DNA from: Acidimicrobiales bacterium
GTDB taxonomy: Bacteria > Actinomycetota > Acidimicrobiia > Acidimicrobiales > Bin134
Length of the DNA stretch: 64,000 nt
Direction of reading: 5' to 3'
Assembly: GCA_965208805.1 (NCBI GenBank)
Contig: OZ242355.1
Coordinates: 181,577 to 245,576 of the forward strand
In this document: positions 31,089-40,454 of the stretch, in pieces
Numbering within the stretch: position 1 is the stretch's first letter
Layout of the letters: each line of letters begins with the position of its first letter
Notes under the pieces: generated by a model
What the model was told of the DNA's origin: nothing
The model's input: only the letters and a program-made list of their open reading frames with translations
The model's database searches: none
Translations under genes and position numbers: made by a program

Positions 31089-31849
31089 AGGTCGCCGCCG
31101 TTCAGCACGACATCGTGTGGGAGGATCCCGAGGCTAACTTCGAGCTGCTTGCTCCCAAGGTGGCCCAGGCCGCGGCCGAAGGGACGCGCTTAGTGGTGCT
31201 GGCCGAGATGTACTCCACCGGTTTCTCCATGGCCTCCGAGCGGGTGGCCGAGCCGCCCGACGGGCCGAGCGTCGGATTCTTGGCCGACCAGGCCGCGGCC
31301 AACGGAATATGGGTGTGCGGGTCGGTGCCGGTGCGGGACCCGTCGGTAGCGGAGCTGCCTGTGAACCGGTTCGTGCTGGCTGGCCCCGACGGGGTGGCCG
31401 CGGTCTACGACAAGATCCACCCGTTCTCCTACGGGGGCGAGCACGAGCACTACGCCGCGGGGGCTGAGCGGCTGACCATTGCCGTTGAGGGAGTGAGGAT
31501 CACCCCGTTCGTGTGTTACGACCTGCGGTTTTCCGACGAGTTCTGGAGTCTGGCCCACGACACCGACTGCTATGTGGTGGTGGCCAACTGGCCCGCGCCC
31601 CGCCGGGCCCACTGGTCGGCGCTTCTGGTGGCTCGGGCCATCGAGAACCAGGCCTACATGGTGGGGGTGAACCGGGTGGGCACCGGCGGCGGCATCGACT
31701 ACCAGGGCGATTCCGTGGTGATCGACCCATTCGGGGTCGAGGTGGCTGGAGCCCCCGAAGGCGAAGAAGCCGTGCTGTATGCCGACATCGACCTCGCCCG
31801 CCTAGAACAGGTTCGGTCGCGCTATCCATTTCTCGAAGATCGCCGATAG
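31085..31849 (+). CDS. Nitrilase-family amidase (omega-amidase YafV-like)
   Basis: Glu-Lys-Cys triad (AEMYSTGF, YDKIH, VCYDLRF), ANWP, ARAIENQ; ATGA overlap with the aminotransferase. Confidence 0.9.
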   Translation: MKVAAVQHDIVWEDPEANFELLAPKVAQAAAEGTRLVVLAEMYSTGFSMASERVAEPPDGPSVGFLADQAAANGIWVCGSVPVRDPSVAELPVNRFVLAGPDGVAAVYDKIHPFSYGGEHEHYAAGAERLTIAVEGVRITPFVCYDLRFSDEFWSLAHDTDCYVVVANWPAPRRAHWSALLVARAIENQAYMVGVNRVGTGGGIDYQGDSVVIDPFGVEVAGAPEGEEAVLYADIDLARLEQVRSRYPFLEDRR

Positions 31850-31864
31850 TCAAGAGTGCTGCTG

Positions 31865-31923
31865 CGATGACCGGCGATAATCCGCCGGTGCTGCCCCGAT
31901 GATCGGCGATAATCCGCCGGTGC
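31865..31923. repeat. 27-bp direct repeat (period 32) duplicating the MFS start codon
   Basis: cgatga(c/t)cggcgataatccgccggtgc at 31865 and 31897. Confidence 0.9.
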
Positions 31924-33077
31924 GGGACTCCCAGCCATTGCTCACGGCCCGGTTCGCGGTGCTGTGCCTGGGCGGCGTGTTCTATTTCATGTCGCTGGGA
32001 CTGGTGTATCCGGTGCTGCCGGGCTTCGTGGAGAACGACTTGGGGGGCGGGCCGGTGGCGGTGGGTCTAGCGGTGGGCGGGTTCGGGCTCTCGGCCGCGG
32101 TAGCCCGACCGCTGGCCGGACCGCTGGGCGACTCCAAGGGGCGTCGATTCTTGGGAGTGTGGGGCTGTGTGCTGGCTGGCCTCGGCATTCTTGGCAACCT
32201 GTGGGTGTCCTCGGTGGCGGTGGCCGTGCTGTTCCGGCTGCTGACCGGTTTGGGGGAGGCAGCGTTTTTCGTAGGTATTGCGACAGCCGTCCAAGACATG
32301 GCTCCGGAGCATCGCCGCGGCGAGGCCACGTCATACTTCTCGGTCACGGTCTACTCCGGACTGGCCGCAGGACCGATCATTGGTGAGCAACTGCAATCAG
32401 CCCTCAGCACAGACGCGGTGTGGGTGCTGGGAGGCGTGCTGTGCGCGTTAGGCACCGCGTCGGCCGCGGTCTCCATGCAGGGCCGCCCTGAGGGTGCCCA
32501 ATCGGGGTGGCCCAACTCGTTCATCCACTGGCCTGCTACCCGACCGGCCCTTTTGTTGGGACTGGGACTGATGGGCTACTCGGGGTTCTTGGCCTTCATC
32601 AAGCTGCATGTGGACGACATCGGCTTTGCCCACTCCGGGGCGGTATTCGCGACCTTCGCCATAATGGTGATCAGCCTGCGTATCCTGCTGGCTCGTCTGC
32701 CCGACCGACTAGGGCCCCAGCGCACCAGCACCCTCTCCTACGCGTTCTCGGCCTCCGGCTTGTGGGTTATCGCCCTGTGGACGCAGATCCCCGGAGTGTT
32801 TGTAGGCACCGCTCTGTTGGCCATGGGCCAGACGTTTTTGTTCCCAGCCTTGTTTGTGCTGGCCATCCAATCGGCACCGATCAACCGGCGCAGCCAGGCC
32901 ATCGGCACCTTCAGCATCGCCTTCGATCTGGCCGTCGGACTGGGCGGGCTGATCCTGGGCGGTGTGGTGGAGGTGTCGTCGTACTCGATGGCCTTCTTCG
33001 CCGGCGGGTGCTTCTCGTTGATTGCGCTGGTGGTCAGCCGAACAGTGGTTAGACCCCAGTTGCAAACTGCCTATTGA
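31899..33077 (+). CDS. MFS transporter
   Basis: About 12 TM segments; GPLGDSKGRR motif A, APEHRRGEA. Confidence 0.9.
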   Translation: MIGDNPPVRDSQPLLTARFAVLCLGGVFYFMSLGLVYPVLPGFVENDLGGGPVAVGLAVGGFGLSAAVARPLAGPLGDSKGRRFLGVWGCVLAGLGILGNLWVSSVAVAVLFRLLTGLGEAAFFVGIATAVQDMAPEHRRGEATSYFSVTVYSGLAAGPIIGEQLQSALSTDAVWVLGGVLCALGTASAAVSMQGRPEGAQSGWPNSFIHWPATRPALLLGLGLMGYSGFLAFIKLHVDDIGFAHSGAVFATFAIMVISLRILLARLPDRLGPQRTSTLSYAFSASGLWVIALWTQIPGVFVGTALLAMGQTFLFPALFVLAIQSAPINRRSQAIGTFSIAFDLAVGLGGLILGGVVEVSSYSMAFFAGGCFSLIALVVSRTVVRPQLQTAY

Positions 33078-33171
33078 CATCTGAGGGCTGGCATAGGAGA
33101 GTTGCCCCCTTCCCCCTGAGCTTCCCCCTTCTCGCGCCACGCGCGCCCCCGAAGGCCCGAAGGGAAGTTCA

Positions 33172-34089
33172 ATGCGACGCACTGCGCTGCTGGTGTTGGT
33201 AGCCACCTGCGTGCTTGCGGTGTCCAGTGCGGGTTCGGCCGCTGGATGGCAGCAGCAGGATGAGGGCGCATCGGTCGAGACGGAAAACGGCCAGGTGGAG
33301 ATCGGGGTATGGATCGAGGTGGACATCCCCGGAGTGTCTGAGCCCGACACAAACCCGGCCAACCCATCGACGCCGCCCTGCTACTTCCGACAGGGCAACT
33401 ACGCCGAGCTGAACGCCTGGTTGGAGAACGACTATGTGATTGCCCCCGACCCCGATGAGACCTACGTCTTGAAGCTCTGTAAAACCGAGGCCGGAAAGCA
33501 GCTCGCCACGTTCTGGGTGTACCAGCCAGCGCCACCCAAAGAGCCCCCACCGCCCTCATTGAAGGAGACCACTCGGCTGCGCAATGAGGCCTGGGGCCAG
33601 GTGACCATTCCTCAGCCAACCACGCGGACCGCGCCCGGCGAGATCGCCATTGTGCAGCTTCCCACCTATGTGTGGGTGCCGGCTGCTGCTCGCGCCTCGG
33701 TGTCAGAGACGGTGACCACCACGCTTGACGGCCACGAACTGACCCTCACCGCCACCGCCTCCCCTCGGCGGCTGGGCTTTCTGCGGGTTGCTATGGGCGA
33801 CGGGAGCACGCTGTGGTGCGACGCCGAGGACGTGGTGGCTTTCGACCCTGCCCGCGACCCGCTGAACCAGCTATCCAACTGCTTCCACTACTACCGCTAC
33901 TCATCGGTCAACCAACCCGACCTCCGCTACCAAGTGGCCCTCACCGCCTACTGGGATGTCTCGGTGGCGTGCGTCTTCAACGACGGCGCCTGCACAAATC
34001 CGCCTCCCGCCGTCCCCACCCAAGTGCTCACCGCCCCGCCCCACGCCATCGCAGTGGCCGAGATCCAAGCCCTCGCCGACCCCGCCTAG
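33172..34089 (+). CDS. Secreted Pro/Cys-containing hypothetical protein
   Basis: Signal peptide (MRRTALLVLVA...AGSAA); beta-rich C-terminal domain with MGDGS, CFHYYRYSS and YQVALTAYW (PKD-like). Confidence 0.7.
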   Translation: MRRTALLVLVATCVLAVSSAGSAAGWQQQDEGASVETENGQVEIGVWIEVDIPGVSEPDTNPANPSTPPCYFRQGNYAELNAWLENDYVIAPDPDETYVLKLCKTEAGKQLATFWVYQPAPPKEPPPPSLKETTRLRNEAWGQVTIPQPTTRTAPGEIAIVQLPTYVWVPAAARASVSETVTTTLDGHELTLTATASPRRLGFLRVAMGDGSTLWCDAEDVVAFDPARDPLNQLSNCFHYYRYSSVNQPDLRYQVALTAYWDVSVACVFNDGACTNPPPAVPTQVLTAPPHAIAVAEIQALADPA

Positions 34090-34126
34090 CCCGCTTACCC
34101 AACAAGCTCGCCGAACCCCCTGGCGA

Positions 34127-34177
34127 CCGCCGGGCTGTCACCAACGAACCATGGAAAACCAGGTGACAGCCCGGCGG
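34127..34177. terminator. Perfect 16-bp inverted repeat upstream of the tRNA
   Basis: ccgccgggctgtcacc (34127-34142) and ggtgacagcccggcgg (34162-34177); no U-tract; TAAAGT -10 follows at 34186. Confidence 0.6.
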
Positions 34178-34206
34178 GAGGGGGGTAAAGTAGTCAACCC
34201 ACTCGA

Positions 34207-34280
<74 letters not shown>

Positions 34281-34338
34281 CTAGCGGCTCCATCTAGCCA
34301 TCCTTGCTGCCTGAATTCACGTAGGCTGAGCGATTGCT

Positions 34339-34773
34339 ATGAGCAAGCGACTCTTTACCGCCAGCCGAGTGGTTCCGGCGGCTCCTGAGGATATCTTCGC
34401 CCTGTTGGCCGATCCGGCCCGCCACGTTGAGATAGACGGCTCCGGAACCCTTCAAAGGCTCATCAAAGGTCAGGGGACCATGCAACTGGGGTCGAAATTC
34501 TCGATTGCCATGAAGGCCAACGGCTTCCCCTACAGAGTGACCAGCAAGGTGGTGGAGTACGAGGAGAACCGGCTTATCGCTTGGTGCCACTTTGTCAAGA
34601 ACCGTTGGCGCTTTGAGTTGGAGCCCGTAGAGGGCGGCACCCGGGTAACCGAGTCGGCTGACTACAGAGATATCCGATTTCCGCGCCTCACCATGAGGTT
34701 GATCAAAGACGACCTCATCGAAGACTCCATCGCCACCACCCTGGACAACCTCGTCAAGCGCTTCTCTCCATAG
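34339..34773 (+). CDS. SRPBCC/polyketide cyclase family protein
   Basis: IFALLADPARHVEIDGSG, WRFELEPVEGGTRVTE. Confidence 0.88.
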   Translation: MSKRLFTASRVVPAAPEDIFALLADPARHVEIDGSGTLQRLIKGQGTMQLGSKFSIAMKANGFPYRVTSKVVEYEENRLIAWCHFVKNRWRFELEPVEGGTRVTESADYRDIRFPRLTMRLIKDDLIEDSIATTLDNLVKRFSP

Positions 34774-34801
34774 CCCAAGCCTGACTCCCTCTGTCCGATC
34801 T

Positions 34802-34903
34802 CTATGACTTCCTTCACTCTTGGCTGCCAAGCAATGCCAGGTTCTCAGCCGCCCGCCGGTGCTCGTCCTATGACTTCCTTCACTCTTGGCTGCCAAGCAA
34901 TGC
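34802..34903. repeat. 36-bp direct repeat (period 66) duplicating the NTase stop region
   Basis: ctatgacttccttcactcttggctgccaagcaatgc at 34802-34837 and 34868-34903. Confidence 0.95.
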
Positions 34904-35425
34904 GGCAAGACGCTCAAACCGGCGGTCTTCATCGCCGGCGATCCGTCCGACCCAACGCAGAGCCTCAGCGGCATCTATGTAGGTTCCGATGGCGAGCATG
35001 GACTCGATGTCAATCCAGTCCTTAGGCCGATCGAAGACCGCCTTGCAGACGCTGAGGTGGGTGGCAGACAGCACCCGAATGGTGTGATCAGCAAAGGGAA
35101 CGGACACGGCCGCACGGTTGGCCGCGTCATGAAATGGGTCGTAGGAGAAGAAGAGATCGATAGGTGTGTTGTCCCACATGATCCGCACTTGGCCTTCACG
35201 GGCCACCGTCTCAGTTGCGGTGCGGATTTCAGCCCCAAGTTCACCTAGTAGATCGAGCACCTCAGAACTCCGGTCCACTGTGACGAAAACGTTCAGGTCG
35301 ATGTCGATGGTGGCTCTCGGCTCAGCGTGGTAGCCGAGCGAGATCGCACCGCCGAAGGCATGAGGGGTGTCTTGCAGAGCATGGCCAATAGCGAGGACTT
35401 TTTCCGGTAGCGACAGCCGGGTCAC
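34880..35425 (-). CDS. Nucleotidyltransferase-fold protein (AbiEii/DUF6036-like), putative TA component
   Basis: GGAISL...RATIDIDL Pol-beta motif; K...RPKDWID C-terminal motif. Confidence 0.75.
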   Translation of the reverse strand: MTRLSLPEKVLAIGHALQDTPHAFGGAISLGYHAEPRATIDIDLNVFVTVDRSSEVLDLLGELGAEIRTATETVAREGQVRIMWDNTPIDLFFSYDPFHDAANRAAVSVPFADHTIRVLSATHLSVCKAVFDRPKDWIDIESMLAIGTYIDAAEALRWVGRIAGDEDRRFERLAALLGSQE

Positions 35426-35748
35426 GATGAATCGATTCGCGGATAGGCAAGCGGTGCGCGATTGCGATGCCCAATGGCATCGGCCAACAGAAGTACATCC
35501 ACCAGTCGTTCGCCGTGCTCAGCGAAGCTCGTCGGTGGCGGGATGTCAGGCAGTTTGTCAGCCAACCGAAGCTCCAGTCGGCCGCCTGCGGCAGCAACGA
35601 GCCGACGCAGCGTCCGAGTTGTCGGATCACGCCGCCCGTGTTCGTAGGCAGAGATCACCGGTTGGCTGGTTCCAGCCCGTCTCGCCAATTCGGCCTGATT
35701 CAAGCCAAAGCGCCGCCGTGCCATCCGAAGCAATTCCGCCGGTTCCAC
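35422..35748 (-). CDS. XRE-family HTH regulator/antitoxin
   Basis: GLNQAELARRAGTSQPVISAYEHGRRDP; TATACT -10 7 nt before GTG 35748; GTGA overlap with the NTase. Confidence 0.85.
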   Translation of the reverse strand: MEPAELLRMARRRFGLNQAELARRAGTSQPVISAYEHGRRDPTTRTLRRLVAAAGGRLELRLADKLPDIPPPTSFAEHGERLVDVLLLADAIGHRNRAPLAYPRIDSS

Positions 35749-35826
35749 AACCAGCAGTATATATCGACTTGTATATGTTATGGTGCTTGAGCGTTCTTGG
35801 CTTGGCTCCACCTGATGCCATGATAT

Positions 35827-37038
35827 TTGGCGATGCGAATGGTGTTTGCGGTTGGGGTTGGGCTGGCGCTTTGGTGTGCTGGCTGCGCGGGCGCGAATAC
35901 GGTGACGGAGCCCGGGCCGGATCTTGCGCCATCCAGTTTGCCGGACGCACAGACACCCAACGCGGAGGATGTCGAAGCGCCGAGCGGGCCGAATGCCCAG
36001 ACATCCGTTGGTCCGGAAATTGCGCCGCTGAGTGAGCCGCAGATACGCAGACTCCTAGAGGAATTCGTAGACGAGCAACAGCAGAGTGTCGGGGTCGTGG
36101 TCGGCGTGACTAGCGCCGAAGGTCGTGTCGTTGTCGGGTACGGCCGCCTAAGCGCAGACGACGCGACTCGCCCCGACGGGGACACTGTCTTCGAAATTGG
36201 CTCGATAACGAAGGTATTCACTTCCACTGTGCTGGCTGAACTGGTCTCGCGAGGGGAGTTGGGGCTTGACACCCCGGTGCAGAACCTGCTCGGCGACGAG
36301 GTACTGATGCCCACTCGCAACGGTGCGGAGATCACGCTGGGCCACCTGGCGACGCATAGCTCCGGGCTGCCCCGACTGCCTGATAACTTCGACCCTGCGA
36401 ATCCGGCCAACCCCTACGCCGACTACACCGTCGAGGATCTCAACGCATTTCTGTCGTCCCACGAACTGGATCGTGACGTCGGCGACGCAGTTGAGTATTC
36501 GAATGTTGGCTTCGGCCTACTGGGCCATGCCCTCGCCCAACGAGAGGGCACCGACTTCGAGACGTTGATCGGCGAGCGGATCCTCGAAACGCTGCACATG
36601 CCCGACACGGTGGTCGATCTGACACCGGCACTCCGCGAGCGCCTTGCTCCCGGGCACGACGGACGGCTTCGACCCGTCGCCAACTGGGACGTGCCGACCC
36701 TCGCTGGCGCGGGAGCTCTTCGATCCACAGTCAACGACCTTTTGACATTTCTCGAAGCAAATCTCGGTCTGAGCGAGTCGCCTCTCCAGCAGGCAATGGA
36801 GTTCGCTCGCGCCCCCCAGCGACATGATCCCGTGTCGGGCATGGACATCGGTCTGGGGTGGGTGACCGCAACCGAGGGCGGCCGCCAATTTGTAGGGCAC
36901 CCCGGCGCGACCGGCGGCTACGCCTCCTTTGTCGGCTTCGACGTCGAACTCGGCGAAGGTATTGTCGTCCTGTCGAACTCACAATGGAGCGTGGACTACC
37001 TGGCCTATCGCCTGTTCACCCGAGACCTCGACGGGTGA
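35827..37038 (+). CDS. Exported serine hydrolase, beta-lactamase/AmpC-like family
   Basis: FEIGSITK (SxxK), YSN, HPGATGG; N-terminal signal with possible lipobox Cys. Confidence 0.88.
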   Translation: MAMRMVFAVGVGLALWCAGCAGANTVTEPGPDLAPSSLPDAQTPNAEDVEAPSGPNAQTSVGPEIAPLSEPQIRRLLEEFVDEQQQSVGVVVGVTSAEGRVVVGYGRLSADDATRPDGDTVFEIGSITKVFTSTVLAELVSRGELGLDTPVQNLLGDEVLMPTRNGAEITLGHLATHSSGLPRLPDNFDPANPANPYADYTVEDLNAFLSSHELDRDVGDAVEYSNVGFGLLGHALAQREGTDFETLIGERILETLHMPDTVVDLTPALRERLAPGHDGRLRPVANWDVPTLAGAGALRSTVNDLLTFLEANLGLSESPLQQAMEFARAPQRHDPVSGMDIGLGWVTATEGGRQFVGHPGATGGYASFVGFDVELGEGIVVLSNSQWSVDYLAYRLFTRDLDG

Positions 37039-37171
37039 ACAAACAGGCGAAACAGCCAAAGACGCTGGCCGTTCGCGGTGCCTTCACCCCAATCTTCCCC
37101 ATGTCTCGAATCACCACACCGCCCCCGCCACTAGCGGCTCCATCTCGCCAGCCTCGCTGCCTGAGTTCACG

Positions 37172-37231
37172 CTTATCGAAGACTCCATCGCCACCACCCT
37201 CGACAACCTCGTCAAGCGCTTTTCTCCATGA
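37172..37231 (+). pseudogene. 3' remnant of a second SRPBCC allele
   Basis: Encodes LIEDSIATTLDNLVKRFSP* as at 34714-34773, with three synonymous changes and TGA instead of TAG. Confidence 0.85.
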
Positions 37232-37340
37232 TCTGAGCTTGACTCACCCTTTCCGGGCTGTCCCGGAGCGGTTATGTCGCCCCCTCCGCATTGAAGGTGT
37301 TCACCCGGGGCGGTGTTCAAGAGGCCACTAAGGTGACTCG

Positions 37341-38312
37341 GTGGACGAAGGCGGCTCCGTTTACGAGGACGATTCCTGCTTGGAAAATGGGCTGGCGGGG
37401 GAGGCGCTGACCATTCCATCGGCCAATCCCAAGAACTTCTATCAGGCTATTTCCGACACGGCGGCGATGCCGCGCATGGACCTGTGGGCCAAGCTCTTTG
37501 TGCCCGATGGGGCTGGGCCGTTCCCGGTGGTGATCGTCGTTCCCGGCAGCCTGGGCCTTCAGTCGCATCATCTGTCCCACGCGGCGACGATCACTGATGC
37601 TGGAATCGCAGCATGCGCCATTGATCCCTTCGGCCCTCGGGACGTCGTTTCCACGGTTGACAATCAGATCCAGTACTCCTTTGCGGCTAGTGCCTGGGAT
37701 GTTCTGGCCACTGCTGAGTTTCTTGCGACCCGACCCGAAATCGACGTATCGCGAATCGGCGCGCAAGGCCACAGTCGAGGGGGTTCGGCCGTGCTGAGCG
37801 CCGCATCGGTGCACTTGGCCTCGGCATCCGACGCCCCGAAGCTCGCTGGTGTTTACGCCGCCTACCCCTGGTGTGGCCACCAGTTCCTCAACCCCGCCGT
37901 GGGCAGCACTCGGGTCAGGGCAATCATCGGAGACCTAGACGACTGGTGCTCACCCACCCAGGTCCAAGCCCACATCCAGGCCATCCGGGTCGCAGGCGGC
38001 GACGCCGGCGTGCGGATTGTAGGAGACGTCCACCACAGCTTCGACCGGACAACCCCCCTCGAGCACATACCCGATGCCGCCGTGGCCCCCAATGCGCCCA
38101 CCGTCTACATGGCCGACAACGGCGCCTTCATCCTCCCCACCTCCGATGAGCCCGACCCGGCGCTAGTCGATCTCGACGGCTTCCTTTACGCCGCCAAAGC
38201 CGGCTTCGGAGTCCGCGGCGCCCACATCGCCGGAACCCCCGACCTCGCCCCAGTATTCGTCGAAGACATGGTGACGTTTTGGACCAACGTCATGACCCCG
38301 AGCATGCGCTAG
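37341..38312 (+). CDS. Dienelactone hydrolase-family alpha/beta hydrolase
   Basis: GHSRGG nucleophile elbow, GDLDDW, HSFD; TAAGGT -10 6 nt before the GTG. Confidence 0.85.
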   Translation: MDEGGSVYEDDSCLENGLAGEALTIPSANPKNFYQAISDTAAMPRMDLWAKLFVPDGAGPFPVVIVVPGSLGLQSHHLSHAATITDAGIAACAIDPFGPRDVVSTVDNQIQYSFAASAWDVLATAEFLATRPEIDVSRIGAQGHSRGGSAVLSAASVHLASASDAPKLAGVYAAYPWCGHQFLNPAVGSTRVRAIIGDLDDWCSPTQVQAHIQAIRVAGGDAGVRIVGDVHHSFDRTTPLEHIPDAAVAPNAPTVYMADNGAFILPTSDEPDPALVDLDGFLYAAKAGFGVRGAHIAGTPDLAPVFVEDMVTFWTNVMTPSMR

Positions 38313-38317
38313 GCCCG

Positions 38318-39115
38318 CTACCACAGCTCGTCGAGGTATTGGGTGGTGCCGGGGATGGTGGGGATGAAGGGGGCGGCAAGTTCTAGGCGGGCGCCGCGGG
38401 CGGCGACGTCGTCGGCGAGGGTGGCGAAGGTGTCCCAGCAAACTTCGGGGTCTTGGTCGCAGAAGTAGAGGCGGAGGACTTCGGGGTGCTCGCCGGTGAG
38501 GGGCGGGAGGCCGCCTTCTTTGGCCACCTGCACGAAGTCGATGATCTGGCCGATGGGGCTGCCTTCGGCTAGGAGCTCAGGGTCGCGCTCGGCTCGCAGG
38601 GCTGAAGCGGCGGCGAGCACCGAGTCGGTGTCGTCGCCTCGGATCCAGGCCACCACCATTCCCGCATAGGGGTGGTCGAGGGCGATCTCGGGCGGGACTG
38701 GGGCTGGGCCACGCCCCATCGAGCCAGCCAGGTCGTAGGCGGCGGTGCTGATGTGATCGCGGTTGGGGTTCATGCGCCCGGAGGCAAACAGGTCGGGGCC
38801 GACTGCAAACGAGTAGCCGAAGGTGTCAGCGTCGCGATCCTGCTCCATCCAATACAGGGCGATGAACGAGCCGTTGTCCACCGGATCGGCCACCGAGCCA
38901 TCGGCGGGGAAGCGCAAGTCCTTGAGCCGCCTCGTTGCCACGTAGCGCCGGTAGGCGAAGCAGCCGGGCGCGGCGGTCATGGCGGCATAGGCATGGTCGT
39001 GCTCGTACCAGCGGTTGTACTCGTGCAGCCCTTCGCCGCGGTGCGGTTCGATGAAGGTGATCATCGAGTGGCCGAGCTGGATCTGGCTGCCTACTGCCAG
39101 GGGTTGATCAGACAT
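38318..39115 (-). CDS. Conserved actinobacterial hypothetical protein (EthD-like N-terminus)
   Basis: EYNRWYEHDH, ALDHPYAG, PFIPTIPGT..Y.DELW; GGAGG RBS. Confidence 0.7.
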   Translation of the reverse strand: MSDQPLAVGSQIQLGHSMITFIEPHRGEGLHEYNRWYEHDHAYAAMTAAPGCFAYRRYVATRRLKDLRFPADGSVADPVDNGSFIALYWMEQDRDADTFGYSFAVGPDLFASGRMNPNRDHISTAAYDLAGSMGRGPAPVPPEIALDHPYAGMVVAWIRGDDTDSVLAAASALRAERDPELLAEGSPIGQIIDFVQVAKEGGLPPLTGEHPEVLRLYFCDQDPEVCWDTFATLADDVAARGARLELAAPFIPTIPGTTQYLDELW

Positions 39116-39233
39116 GTCGTGTCCTCCTGTGATGCCGAATGATAGGAGCGAGGCTGGATTGCCTCCGTGGTGGAAGCCGTCAGTCGCCGAAATATCGGGT
39201 TTGCCTCGGTGGGGGCCGTTGTAGGGTTCCGCG

Positions 39234-40412
39234 GTGTCTTCTGTGAGTCAGTGGCTGCTCGAAGACGGCGTGCTGCATCTGAACCACGGGTCGTTTGGGG
39301 CCACGCCGGCACCGGTCTTGGAGGCACAGGAGCGGATACGCCAGCGCTTTGAGGCCAACCCCACCAAGTACTTCGTGGGTGGCGAATACCAAAGTGAACT
39401 GGACTCGGCCCGCCGGGAGGTGGCCGACTTCGTGGGGGCCGATGAGGAGGGGCTGGTGTTCGTCAACAACGCCACCACCGGGGTGAACGCCGTCTTTCGG
39501 TCGCTTGAGCCCAGCCTGGCCCCGGGCGACGAGATCCTGGTGGCCGACCACGAATACAACGCCTGCGTGAACGCGGCGCTGGTCTCAGCGGAGAGAGCTG
39601 ACGCCCGTGTCGTCACAGCGCAGGTTCCGTTCCCGCTGGATTCTCCCCAACAGGTGGTTGACGCCGTGCTCGGAGCCGTCACCGAACGCACCCGGGTCGT
39701 GATGATCGACTCGGTGACCTCCGCCACGGGGCTGGTAATGCCGGTGGCCGAACTCGCCGCCGCCCTTGAGCCCGAGGTGGCGCTGCTGGTGGACGCCGCC
39801 CACGGCCCCGGCATGTTGGACTTCGACGTCTCTGCGCTGGGGGCCTCCTACGTCACGGCCAACTGCCACAAGTGGATGTGCGCCGCCAAGGGCGCGGCAT
39901 TTCTGTGGGTGCGAGAGGACCGCCGCGAGGGCATGTATCCCTCGGTGATCAGCCACGGCTACAACGACGCCTGGCCATCCAGCGACAGCCATTTCCACGC
40001 CCAATTCGACTGGACGGGAACGCAGGATCCGAGCGCCTGGCTCACCGTCCCCGTTGCCCTCGAAACGGTGGCGGCCATGCATCCCGACGGCTGGCCCGGA
40101 GTCCGGGCCACTACCCGGGCGCTGTGTTTGACGGGCCGCAAGATCCTGCTGGACGCTCTGGGAATCGATCCGCCAGCCCCCGAGGAAATGATCGGTGCCA
40201 TCGCCTCGGTGCCCGTGCCGCCCGCCGACAACTCCGGTTCAGAGATCTTCGACCCGCTCATGGCCGCTCTGGCCGACAACCACAACATCCAGGTACCAGT
40301 CTTCACCTGGCCTGAACCGCCCCACCGTCTGCTCCGCATCTCCGCCCACCTCTACAACGAGGAATCCCACTACCAGCGCCTCGCCGACGCCCTCCTCACC
40401 GAGCTCAACTAG
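39234..40412 (+). CDS. Class V PLP enzyme (cysteine lyase/EgtE/isopenicillin N epimerase-like)
   Basis: HLNHGSFGA, NATTGVN, VDAAH, NCHKW, LRISAHLYN; TAGGGT -10 6 nt before the GTG. Confidence 0.9.
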   Translation: MSSVSQWLLEDGVLHLNHGSFGATPAPVLEAQERIRQRFEANPTKYFVGGEYQSELDSARREVADFVGADEEGLVFVNNATTGVNAVFRSLEPSLAPGDEILVADHEYNACVNAALVSAERADARVVTAQVPFPLDSPQQVVDAVLGAVTERTRVVMIDSVTSATGLVMPVAELAAALEPEVALLVDAAHGPGMLDFDVSALGASYVTANCHKWMCAAKGAAFLWVREDRREGMYPSVISHGYNDAWPSSDSHFHAQFDWTGTQDPSAWLTVPVALETVAAMHPDGWPGVRATTRALCLTGRKILLDALGIDPPAPEEMIGAIASVPVPPADNSGSEIFDPLMAALADNHNIQVPVFTWPEPPHRLLRISAHLYNEESHYQRLADALLTELN

Positions 40413-40454
40413 CTGACGCGCCGGCCATTGCTCGTACCCGCCCGGCTCAAGGGG

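Noticed and set aside
34802-34903. CRISPR-like 36-bp repeat with 30-bp spacer and internal palindrome
   Set aside because: Only two copies, one of which is the 3' end of a coding gene; no cas genes in the window; same pattern as the other gene-boundary duplications
35827-40412. Beta-lactam resistance or biosynthesis locus (AmpC-like gene plus isopenicillin epimerase-like gene)
   Set aside because: Both families are broad (esterases/peptidases and cysteine lyases); the genes are not adjacent and no pcbAB/pcbC is present
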